Positions 38,665-47,481 of a stretch of 64,000 nt of DNA are shown piece after piece. Location: positions 2,464,001 to 2,528,000 of the forward strand of contig CAXXLL010000002.1 in the NCBI GenBank assembly GCA_963662545.2, written 5' to 3'. The stretch is from Gammaproteobacteria bacterium (GTDB lineage Bacteria > Pseudomonadota > Gammaproteobacteria > Ga0077536). The notes below the pieces were generated by a model, which worked only from the letters and a program-made list of their open reading frames with translations, was not told the origin of the DNA and did not search any database. A program made the translations under genes and the position numbers. Numbering within the stretch: position 1 is the stretch's first letter; each line of letters begins with the position of its first letter.

Positions 38665-38811
38665 ACTGTCGTCGAGATCGTCACAGCGATCGTGCTATTC
38701 AGGTATCTCAACCGCTGGAACGACACACTCGCGGCCGACTTTGAGACCTCTCCACAAAAAGTCGCCGAACGTACCCTGGGTGGCGTCGGCTGGGACCCGG
38801 GTAAGCATGCC
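38665..38811 (+). pseudogene. 3' fragment of a CMD/AhpD-like gene
   Basis: VEIVTAIVLFRYLNRWNDTLA...GWDPGKH resembles the C-terminus of that family; in-frame TAA directly upstream. Confidence 0.6.
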
Positions 38812-38867
38812 TGCAACCCACAGTTCATGACTCAGGCAATAGTCAGTTCCGACAAACTGGCCGCGTG

Positions 38868-39407
38868 TCAGCTATCGACGCTCCTGTCGATGACGGCTGG
38901 CGATTCATTACGGGCCTTGGCATCGTCGGTCCAGTAGCGCTTTGCCCAGATACCGTGATAGGGCTCGTCGCCGACTGGCATGCGCCAGGAGCGCACTTCC
39001 GCGCGCCCCAGGGTGACCGAGCACAAGGCGCGCGGCTGATCGTCGGTGCCGTCGACATAGGCATTGGCGTCGTCGACGGGAATATACCGTTCAGCGATGC
39101 GTCGGTAGCGGTCGCGCCAGAGATCGTCAACGCCCACTTCGTAATCGAGGTCAGCGATACCACGAACCACCATCTTGCGGTACGGAATTGTCGGTTCATC
39201 GATACTGAGCGCTACGCGGTGGTCGTGACGGATGTGCCGGAGCCATTCGGAATGCTGCCGCGGCGTGAACCATATTCGCCCTTCCTCGTAGATGAACCAG
39301 ATCGGGGTCACGAGCGGCGCACCGTCGCTGTCGACGGTTGCAATATTCATGATGATCCCAGGCGCGGCCAGGAATTCCTCGCGCTCGGATGAACTCATCT
39401 TGGGCAT
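38868..39407 (-). CDS. Pyridoxamine 5'-phosphate oxidase-like (split-barrel) protein
   Basis: EREEFL, IATVDSDGAPLVTPIWF, VALSID. Confidence 0.85.
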   Translation of the reverse strand: MPKMSSSEREEFLAAPGIIMNIATVDSDGAPLVTPIWFIYEEGRIWFTPRQHSEWLRHIRHDHRVALSIDEPTIPYRKMVVRGIADLDYEVGVDDLWRDRYRRIAERYIPVDDANAYVDGTDDQPRALCSVTLGRAEVRSWRMPVGDEPYHGIWAKRYWTDDAKARNESPAVIDRSVDS

Positions 39408-39570
39408 TTCGGTTTTCCCCTCTCCTATTGAAGGCCGAATTACAGCGTAAGTTCGACTCGCTGCCAAGTGGGGCCGGCGCCGGCGCGCGGCGCTTGAAAT
39501 CCGGCATCTGACAGTCCGTCGGATTAAGCTTGAATTGACTTTCGCTTTGGGGTGGCGCGATGGCCGGGAT

Positions 39571-39871
39571 TCAGGGCGCTGCCTTCGGCGGCCACTCCTG
39601 CTTTAACATCACTTCTCCCATTTCCGAGCCTGGAACGACCTGCCCCTGGTAGATCACATAACGCCCGCCGGGTTCGTCTCCGACCGCAGGACTTTCGATC
39701 CAGATCCACAAATGCCCGGCCACGGTGTCGATGATCAAGGCCTTTTCCGTACCGTATTCGAGGCCGCCATCGATGGGGACGGCCTGATAGCGCCCTTCCG
39801 GTCCGGCGACGGCAGACGGCAGACGGTGAATAGTTCGCAATCAGCGCGAGGAAAAGCAATCGTCTGAGCAT
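39571..39871 (-). pseudogene. Small exported protein frameshifted by a 7-bp duplication
   Basis: signal MLRRLLFLALIA and body SAVAGPEGRYQ lie in different frames; removing one GACGGCA unit gives 97 aa. Confidence 0.75.
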
Positions 39872-40800
39872 AGATTCGCCGGTCGCGGCAGGGTACGCGT
39901 TAACGCGACACCACCTGTGACCCATATACCAAGCTTGCGGGCGGGATGAGTCGGAAGGATGCCACCTTACCGACAAGCCGCGCCTGTATCCAGGGGATCG
40001 CGTCGGTCAGGACCTGCGGCGATCGGTATAGCGCGGGAACATCGGCCACCACGCCGTTGCCCAAGCGGTCGACCGGTACGAGATGAGATGGTCCCCGCCG
40101 GCGGGGCGGTCCGAATCCGGACCAGTCGATCGGATTTGCGACTCCAATCAGTACCGCCACGAGCGCCCTCAGTTCGCCGATCAACTGTGCGCATGCGCGC
40201 CGATAGAGCTTACCGTGGCGAAGACCCTGCAGAGCGCAACTCAGCCCGTCGCCTCCGCGCTTTGCGTTCAGCGGCACGCGCGTCTCCAGGTTCGTCCGGG
40301 GCTCGGCGCCGAGACCATTAGCGCGCAAGTTCAGGCAGCCGGCTGCCTGGCAGAAACGCTTCAAGACGGCCTGCTCGAGGCGCCCGCTTTCGTGCGGCCG
40401 TGGCGCCGCCAGCATGAATTGCCGCGCGGGATCGCTGCCTACGATGATACGTAACGGCCCTTCGGGCCCGAACAGAAAACGAATCTCGGCACCCGCGTCC
40501 GCCGCTCTGGCGATGGTCGTGAGATTTTCGATATACGCTTCGGTCGCCGCGATCCAGCGCGCTGCGTCCGCGCGGCCGTCACGCCTGGCGTCCGACAACA
40601 CCGCGGAATACGCGGTCGCAAGCTCAGCGACAGCCGCTTGCGCGAAGGCGTTCCGCATGCCGCCGGATGCGCGGTCGAGTTCGTCAACCGTACTCGCAAC
40701 CGAAGCGCCTGACGAAAATGTGAACGCGTGACACGCGCCAGCACATAACGCGAATAGCCACCCGCACGATGCCGGGGCGGCTGGGTGCCGACGATGACTA

Positions 40801-41945
40801 AATAGGTGTTCCAAAAACTCGATCAAATAAAAAGAACTCAGGTGACATTCAGAGATCAGAGGTTGTATCGAGCAATCTACGTTCCCGAAAGAGGTCACCT
40901 GAGTATGGATAGTTTAGTGTCATTGACGCGCTCACAGAAACGTCGCTTTAAGCGGTTGATTCAACGCAGCGATAACGGGCGGGTGGTTCGCCGCGCTCAA
41001 GTCCTGTTGCAGTTAGCTTCAGGCGTCTCACCGACGGCCGTGTCACGCAGTTTGTCGGTCGCGCGTTCAACGGTTTATCGATGGGTCACGCAATTCCAGA
41101 CCGCGGGTGAAGCCTTTCTCGAGGCGTGCGGCTCGGGCCGGCGGGCGTATACGGTGGATGACACCCTGTTGGAGACGCTCGCCGAGTTAGTTGAGCAGCC
41201 GCCCAGTGATTATGGCTACCTGCGCAGTACGTGGACGAGCGAGATGCTGGCCGAGACGCTGAATTCGTTGCTGTCACGGCCCATTCACGCCTCTACGGTA
41301 CGTCGCTGGCTAGTTAATTTGGGATTCGGCTGGCGTCGTGCTCGTCCGACCTTACATCTGCGCGACCCACGGGCAGCCACGCGCCTGAAAGCCATTCATC
41401 GTGCGTTGTCTCGAGCCCCATCGGGGCATGAAGTGTTTTACGCCGATGAGGTCGATATCGACCTCAATCCCAAAATCGGTTTCCTTTGGTCTACTCAAGG
41501 TTGTCAACGTGCCATCCCCACGCCTGGGCAAAACCGGAAACGCTATCTGGCGGGCGCGCTGCACGCACGAACCGGTCGCGTTGCGTATGTCGAGGGCACA
41601 CGGAAAAACAGCGACCTATTCCTTTGCCTGCTCGACCACCTGCGGCAAACTTACCGCGCCGCGCGTCGAATTATCTTGATCGTGGATAACTACATCATCC
41701 ACAAATGTCGCTTGGCACACGTCTGGCTAAAGCACAATCCGAAATTCCGATTGCTGTTCCAGCCGGCCTATCAGCCCTGGGTCAATGACATTGAGAAACT
41801 CTGGAAACAGTTGCACGACAATGTCACCCGGAATCATCGTTACTCGACCATCGACCGTCTGATGGACGCAGTACGTGCCTTCATGCGTGCGGCAAGTCCA
41901 TTCCCGGGAAACTGCCCGAGTGTCGCAAGATTTGGATCACCTATT
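40801..41945 (+). mobile_element. IS630-family insertion sequence, 1145 bp
   Basis: TIR AATAGGTGTTCCAAA vs AATAGGTGATCCAAA; TA duplicated within a CTAG target. Confidence 0.94.
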
Positions 41946-41948
41946 TAG
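40905..41948 (+). CDS. IS630 transposase
   Basis: HTH (VARSTVYRW), YADEVDI, IVDNYIIH, DIEKLW catalytic triad; stop formed at the target. Confidence 0.95.
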   Translation: MDSLVSLTRSQKRRFKRLIQRSDNGRVVRRAQVLLQLASGVSPTAVSRSLSVARSTVYRWVTQFQTAGEAFLEACGSGRRAYTVDDTLLETLAELVEQPPSDYGYLRSTWTSEMLAETLNSLLSRPIHASTVRRWLVNLGFGWRRARPTLHLRDPRAATRLKAIHRALSRAPSGHEVFYADEVDIDLNPKIGFLWSTQGCQRAIPTPGQNRKRYLAGALHARTGRVAYVEGTRKNSDLFLCLLDHLRQTYRAARRIILIVDNYIIHKCRLAHVWLKHNPKFRLLFQPAYQPWVNDIEKLWKQLHDNVTRNHRYSTIDRLMDAVRAFMRAASPFPGNCPSVARFGSPI

Positions 41949-42064
41949 GAGCCTTTATGGCATCGATTTCAATCACAAACAGTCATATCGGCCGCGCACC
42001 GTCGGAGTTGACACCGGCAGACAATCGCCGTCAGGCGAACATTTCAATCCAAATCAACCATGAC

Positions 42065-42358
42065 CTAGAGGATCGCGTAATGGTCCTCGAACATCGACCC
42101 TGCTCCGAGTTCGTGCAGCGGCGTCCAGCGCGCCCTGCATGCATCGTCGCCGCCGGCGACCGCGGGCGGCGCCTCGGAGGCGTCGATTTCGAATCGAAAG
42201 ACGTGGGTGATGGTACGGCCGCGAAGCGAGCGGCCAGGCGCGTCGAAAACGCGGTGTTCGCGAGCAGCGCTCTCCTCGAGCACCAAGCCGGTTTCCTCTC
42301 TGAGTTCCCGCACCACGGTACACGCCAAGGTTTCGCCTGGCTCGATGAAGAAGGTCGA
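42065..42358 (-). pseudogene. C-terminal fragment of a NadM-type Nudix hydrolase
   Basis: ETL...RELREETGL Nudix box, FDAPGRSLRGRTITH, GGDDA, FEDH; N-terminus including the PGG motif is missing. Confidence 0.7.
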
Positions 42359-42363
42359 CACCT

Positions 42364-43164
42364 TCAGACGTAAACGCCGAGGACCTTCAGGGCAGCCTCG
42401 AGCAAGGCGCCGTTTGCCGCCGCGACGGCGCGGCCGCCGCCGCGAATCGCCGTGCCCGACCAGTCGGTGACGACGCCGCCTGCCGATTCGACGATCGGGA
42501 TCAGCGGCGCGATGTCGTAATAGGAAAGTTTGGCTTCGACCACCAGATCGATATGGCCGGCGGCCAGCAGACAATAGCCGTAGCAGTCGGCGCCGAACCG
42601 CGTCAGTCGCGTCTGTCCGGCGAGTGCGTTAAAGGCTTCGGTTTCACGGCCAGGGCTGAACATGTCTGGTGAAGTGGCGAACAGGGTTGCCGCGTCGAGT
42701 GCAGACGCCGCGCGGCAGCGTAACGGTGTCGCACCCGCGGCCGTGATGAGTTCGGATCGGCCGTCGCCGCCGACGAAACGATCGCCAACATAGGGTTGAC
42801 TCATCATGCCGAAACGCGGCGCGCCGTGCTCGATCAGTCCGACCAGCGTGCCCCAGGTCGGCATGCCGCTCAAGAACGAACGGGTGCCGTCGATAGGGTC
42901 GATAATCCAGGTGAATTCGCCGGTCCCGGGCTTCTCGGCGGCCTCCTCACCCACGATGCCGTGTGCCGGGAAACGCGCCTCAATCAATCGCCTTAATGCT
43001 GCTTCCGCCGCGCGATCCGCCTCCGTGACGGGATCGAAGTCGTCGGTACCGGCCTTGTTCTCCACCACCAGCGGGGAGCGAAAACGAGGCAGGGTTTCTC
43101 GCGCCGCAGCGACGGCAAGTTCCTCGAAAAACGCCCATACGGTTTCTTGATCAATGCTCGACAT
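42364..43164 (-). CDS. hisN: Histidinol-phosphatase, inositol monophosphatase family
   Basis: FDPVTEADR, IDPIDGTRSF..GMPTWGTL, DCYGY, YDIAPL. Confidence 0.85.
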   Translation of the reverse strand: MSSIDQETVWAFFEELAVAAARETLPRFRSPLVVENKAGTDDFDPVTEADRAAEAALRRLIEARFPAHGIVGEEAAEKPGTGEFTWIIDPIDGTRSFLSGMPTWGTLVGLIEHGAPRFGMMSQPYVGDRFVGGDGRSELITAAGATPLRCRAASALDAATLFATSPDMFSPGRETEAFNALAGQTRLTRFGADCYGYCLLAAGHIDLVVEAKLSYYDIAPLIPIVESAGGVVTDWSGTAIRGGGRAVAAANGALLEAALKVLGVYV

Positions 43165-43430
43165 ACCGGAACCTTAGCACCGCGCGCCGCGGCATCATGG
43201 CACCGGGTACTCCATTTTCCAACTGCGACGGCCGTAAGGCGCCGTCAATCGTGTTGTGGTGCCGTGATCACGGTATGATCGAGGCCAACGCCGGCACTAT
43301 GAACTCACACCGACGATAACAATCAGAAGGCACAAGAGAACGACTAGGACGCCGTAATCTGCAGACGGAATCACCGTGCTGAAGCGGCCCGTATAGACCG
43401 TCGTCCCGCGCCTTACAAGCACATCCGATC

Positions 43431-45908
43431 ATGAATGAATTCATCGCCTCTCTGTACGAACGACTGGTACTGCGGCGTCCGGTCATCGTCCTGACGATAC
43501 TCGCGCTGATGGGCTTGGTGTTCGCATCGGGCACGCGGGATTTTAACCTCGATGCCTCTACCGATGCGCTGCTGCTCGAGAACGACAAGGATCTGCAGGC
43601 TTTCCGCCAACTCTCGATGCGCTACAAGACGCGCGCGTTCCTCTTCATTGCGGTCGTCCCGCCGGACGACATCCTGTCGGACGCCACGCTCGAACGGGTC
43701 GGGTCCCTGCGTGACGAGATCGCCGCCCTCCCCGAGGTACTCGACATCGTCTCGCTCCTCGACGTACCCCTGGTCACTAATGTACCGGGCTCGGTCGCCG
43801 ATATCGCGACCAATTTCCGTACCTTACGTTCGGAAGACGTGAACCTCAGGCGCGCGCGCGAGGAGTTGACGCAGAGCCCGATTTATCAGGACCTCGTAGC
43901 CAGCGCCGACGGCAAGGTCACGGCCTTGCAGGTGTTCCTCAAACCCCATTCCGAGCTGCCCCGCCTGAGTCGCCAGCGGGATCAACTGCTCTACAAAAAG
44001 GCCTACGAAGGTCTCGATCCACAGGAGGAGTCGAACCTGGAGGATCTGCGACCGGACTATGAGAAGGCCAAGAACGAAGCCGCGGCGACGACCCGCAAAG
44101 CGATCGCCGACATCCGCGCCATCATCGTTCGCTACCAGGGGGATATGCGGCTTTACCTCGGTGGGGTGCCGATGATCGAGGACGACGTGATTACTTTCAT
44201 CGGTAACGACCTGGTCAATTTCGGTGCGGGTGTATTCGTCTTTCTGGTCGTCATGCTGACCATCATATTCCGCGAACCCCGCTGGGTTCTGCTCCCGCTC
44301 GCCAGTTGCTTATACGGCAGCACGGTCATGATCGGGCTGCTCGGTATCATCGGGTGGAACGTCACCATCATTTCGTCGAATTTCGTCGCCCTCATGCTCA
44401 TCATCACGATTTCGATGAACATTCACCTGGTGGTGCGATATCGCGAGCTGTTTCGCGATCATCCGGACGCCGATCAGTTCGAGCTCGTCAAACTGACCAC
44501 CCGCCACATGGCGCAGCCGTGTTTTTACACGGCCTTGACCACGATCATCGCATTTGCGTCTCTCGTAGTGAGCGACATCAAGCCGGTCATCGATTTCGGG
44601 TGGATGATGACCATTGGCCTGGCCGTCGTGTTTGGAACTTCTTTCCTGCTCTTTCCGACGCTATTGCTGCTGACCAAGCGCAAGCCGCTGACCCGGGCCG
44701 AAGGCGACAATTATCCCTTCACCGCATTGCTGGGCCGCCTGACCGAACGTTACGGCTCGCTCATACTCGTGCTTGCCGTCGTCATCGGCGCGGCGGGCGC
44801 GGCGGGCATACACCGATTGGAAGTCGAGAACAGCTTCATTTCGTATTTCCGCGAAAACACGGAGATTTACCAGGGCCTTAAGCTCATTGACGAGACCCTA
44901 GGTGGCACGACGCCGATGGACATCGTGCTGAAATTTCCCAAAGACGAACGCCCCGACGACGGCGCGCTCGATGACGATCTCGCGGCCCTGTTCGACGAGG
45001 TCGAGGCCGAAAGCAAAAAATCGGACTCCTGGTTTACGCCCGAGAAACTCGATCGCATCAAACAGATCCACGATTACCTGGACAGCCTGCCCGCCGTCGG
45101 CAAGGTCTTGTCGCTCGCCTCGGCGATACGCGTCGCGGAAAAGATCAACGGCGGCGTCGAATTCACGGCGTTCGAGTTGAACATCATGTACAAGCGCGTC
45201 CCGGCGCCGGTACGCGCGGCGATGCTCGATCCCTATATTTCCATCGAGCACGACGAGGCGCGAATCGCGGTCCGCATTATCGATTCCCTGCCGGACCTCC
45301 GCCGCAAGGAATTGCTCGAGAAAATTGACCTAGACCTTCGCGAAAAATTCGGCCTGGAGGCGCACGAATACGAAATTACGGGCTTGCTCGTGCTGTACAA
45401 CAACTTTCTGCAGAGTCTGTTTCGCTCACAGATCCTGACACTCGGCGCGGTCATGGTCGGAATCATGATCATGTTGACCATCCTCTTTCGATCGCCCGTG
45501 GTTGCGCTGGTCGGCATTATTCCGAATATCCTCGCGGCGACCTGCATCCTGGGCTTCATGGGATGGATGAACATCCCGCTCGACATCATGACGATCACCA
45601 TCGCTGCGATCACGATCGGCATCGCCGTCGACGACTGTATTCACTATCTGTATCGCTACAAAGCCGAATTACCACGCATCGGCGATCCCATCGAAACCAT
45701 GCACTACTGCCACGCCAATATTGCCAAGGCGGCGTTCTACACGACCTTGACGATCACGGTGGGTTTTTCAATTCTCATCATGTCGAACTTTATCCCGACG
45801 GTCCTGTTCGGGATGCTGACGGCCGTGGCCATGATCGTGGCCCTGCTGGCGGCCCTGACCCTGATGCCCAAGCTGATACTCATGTGGCGGCCGTTCGCGT
45901 CGTCCTGA
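43431..45908 (+). CDS. RND-superfamily MMPL/HAE3-type exporter
   Basis: two repeats of 1 TM + large loop + 5 TM; TTIIAF.SL, GIAVDDCIH. Confidence 0.9.
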   Translation: MNEFIASLYERLVLRRPVIVLTILALMGLVFASGTRDFNLDASTDALLLENDKDLQAFRQLSMRYKTRAFLFIAVVPPDDILSDATLERVGSLRDEIAALPEVLDIVSLLDVPLVTNVPGSVADIATNFRTLRSEDVNLRRAREELTQSPIYQDLVASADGKVTALQVFLKPHSELPRLSRQRDQLLYKKAYEGLDPQEESNLEDLRPDYEKAKNEAAATTRKAIADIRAIIVRYQGDMRLYLGGVPMIEDDVITFIGNDLVNFGAGVFVFLVVMLTIIFREPRWVLLPLASCLYGSTVMIGLLGIIGWNVTIISSNFVALMLIITISMNIHLVVRYRELFRDHPDADQFELVKLTTRHMAQPCFYTALTTIIAFASLVVSDIKPVIDFGWMMTIGLAVVFGTSFLLFPTLLLLTKRKPLTRAEGDNYPFTALLGRLTERYGSLILVLAVVIGAAGAAGIHRLEVENSFISYFRENTEIYQGLKLIDETLGGTTPMDIVLKFPKDERPDDGALDDDLAALFDEVEAESKKSDSWFTPEKLDRIKQIHDYLDSLPAVGKVLSLASAIRVAEKINGGVEFTAFELNIMYKRVPAPVRAAMLDPYISIEHDEARIAVRIIDSLPDLRRKELLEKIDLDLREKFGLEAHEYEITGLLVLYNNFLQSLFRSQILTLGAVMVGIMIMLTILFRSPVVALVGIIPNILAATCILGFMGWMNIPLDIMTITIAAITIGIAVDDCIHYLYRYKAELPRIGDPIETMHYCHANIAKAAFYTTLTITVGFSILIMSNFIPTVLFGMLTAVAMIVALLAALTLMPKLILMWRPFASS

Positions 45909-46005
45909 CCACAGCACTAGGTGCGCATTATTATCGTGTTTCAGACCCCTACGATCCCGACAGCTCCGGCGACGGGTTCCTGTGTGTCCACTCGCTTATA
46001 ACATT

Positions 46006-46041
46006 CGGTTATTTGCTTACGGTTATTTCGTATACTAGATT
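46006..46041 (+). promoter_or_regulatory. Candidate sigma70 promoter and direct repeat upstream of mtoX
   Basis: TTGCTT(46013)-17 bp-TAGATT(46036); CGGTTATTT at 46006 and 46020. Confidence 0.4.
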
Positions 46042-46085
46042 GATTCCTGCCCGAAAAGACGACAGGTAAAGACGAGGAGGCTCTC

Positions 46086-47465
46086 ATGACATTCGCTCAT
46101 TCTAAGCATTCGCGCATCGATCGATTCCTGCGCTGCACCTTGGGGCTCGCTCTCACCGCCTTCACTGCAGCGGTGGCGGCGGATGAAACCTGTATGTCGC
46201 CCTACATGGCCAAGATCGTCGGCCAGGAAGACTACGTCTACGTCTGGACTCTGGGCACCGAAGGGCTAGGGGACGAGCAGGACAAGATCGTCACGGTCGA
46301 CGTCAACCCCGCTTCGAAGAGCTACGGCACGATCGTTCACTCCCTCTCGCTTGGTGGTCGTAACGAGGCCCATCATTCCGGATTGACGGATGACCGTCGG
46401 TACCTTTGGGCGACCGGCCTGGACACGAACAAGATCTTCATTATCGACATTCACAGCGACCCGGCGAAGCCGAAACTGCACAGGACTGTTACGGATTTTG
46501 TCGAGAAGAGCGGCGGCGTCGTCGGCCCGCATACGAGTTACGCGATGCCCGGGCGCATGCTGATTACGGGTCTGTCAAATCACAAAGACCATGGCGGTGT
46601 CACCGGCATGGTGGAGTACACCAACGCGGGCGAGTATATCGCCACTTACTGGATGCCGAAGGATGGCGATCTGCAGGGCGCGGTCAAATCCGGAGAATTC
46701 GCCGACGGCTTCGGATACGACGTGAGGGCCCTGCCACGCCGCAACGTGCTCGTGACCTCCTCGTTCACGGGCTGGAACAACTACATGATGGACCTCGGCA
46801 AGATGATGGCGGACGCCGAGGCGATGAAGCAATTCGGCAACACCGTCGTGATCTGGGACCTGCACACCCGCAAGCCCAAAAAGATCCTCGATGTACCGGG
46901 TGCGCCGCTGGAAGTGCGCTGCGCCTGGGGCTCGCAGCACAACTACTGCTTTACCACCACGGCGCTGACGTCGAAGATTTTCCTCATCTACGAAGATGAT
47001 GCCGGCGAATGGCATGCGAAGGACGTCGCCGACATCGCGGATGCGAGCAAGATCCCGCTGCCGGTGGATATCTCCATCGCCGCCGACGATTCGCTGTTGT
47101 GGGTTAATACCTGGAACGACGGTATGACACGCCTGTTTGATATATCCGATCCGCATGCACCGAAGGAGATCTTTACGAACAAGATCGGCGACCAGGTCAA
47201 CATGCTGTCACAGAGCTGGGACGGCAAACGAATTTACTATACATCGTCGCTGCTCACCAACTGGGACAAGAAGGAAGGCAACCCGGGCGACGTCCAGTAC
47301 TTCAAGGCCTACACCTGGGACGGCGAGAAATTGACGCATAAGTTCTCGATTGATTTCGAAGAAGAGAAACTAGGGCGCCCACACCAGATGCGATTCGGCG
47401 CACATGCCTTGTATGCCAACAGCCTACCGCTACCGTCGGGGCCGGCCGTCGCAACCTACCGGTGA
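46086..47465 (+). CDS. mtoX: Methanethiol oxidase (SBP56/SELENBP1 family), periplasmic
   Basis: signal + DETC.SP, VWTLG, EAHH, GPHT, TSSFTGWNNYMMD, PLPVDISI, NWDKK (both candidate TTQ Trp); SCO-MauG downstream. Confidence 0.9.
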   Translation: MTFAHSKHSRIDRFLRCTLGLALTAFTAAVAADETCMSPYMAKIVGQEDYVYVWTLGTEGLGDEQDKIVTVDVNPASKSYGTIVHSLSLGGRNEAHHSGLTDDRRYLWATGLDTNKIFIIDIHSDPAKPKLHRTVTDFVEKSGGVVGPHTSYAMPGRMLITGLSNHKDHGGVTGMVEYTNAGEYIATYWMPKDGDLQGAVKSGEFADGFGYDVRALPRRNVLVTSSFTGWNNYMMDLGKMMADAEAMKQFGNTVVIWDLHTRKPKKILDVPGAPLEVRCAWGSQHNYCFTTTALTSKIFLIYEDDAGEWHAKDVADIADASKIPLPVDISIAADDSLLWVNTWNDGMTRLFDISDPHAPKEIFTNKIGDQVNMLSQSWDGKRIYYTSSLLTNWDKKEGNPGDVQYFKAYTWDGEKLTHKFSIDFEEEKLGRPHQMRFGAHALYANSLPLPSGPAVATYR

Positions 47466-47481
47466 GCACGCCTCGAAACGC

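Larger units (their letters stand above)
39900..41976 (-). pseudogene. Exported hypothetical protein interrupted by IS630 near codon 10
   Basis: removing the IS and one TA joins GTG(41976)-IEIDAIKAP in frame to SHRRHP...LFALCAGACHA. Confidence 0.65.

Noticed and set aside
42065-42574. Complete 169-aa Nudix ORF
   Set aside because: The first ~70 codons are an alternate frame of hisN; only the last ~98 are Nudix-like.
43194-43269. Hairpin between hisN and the RND gene as a riboswitch
   Set aside because: No recognisable aptamer consensus; stems of this length are expected in GC-rich DNA.
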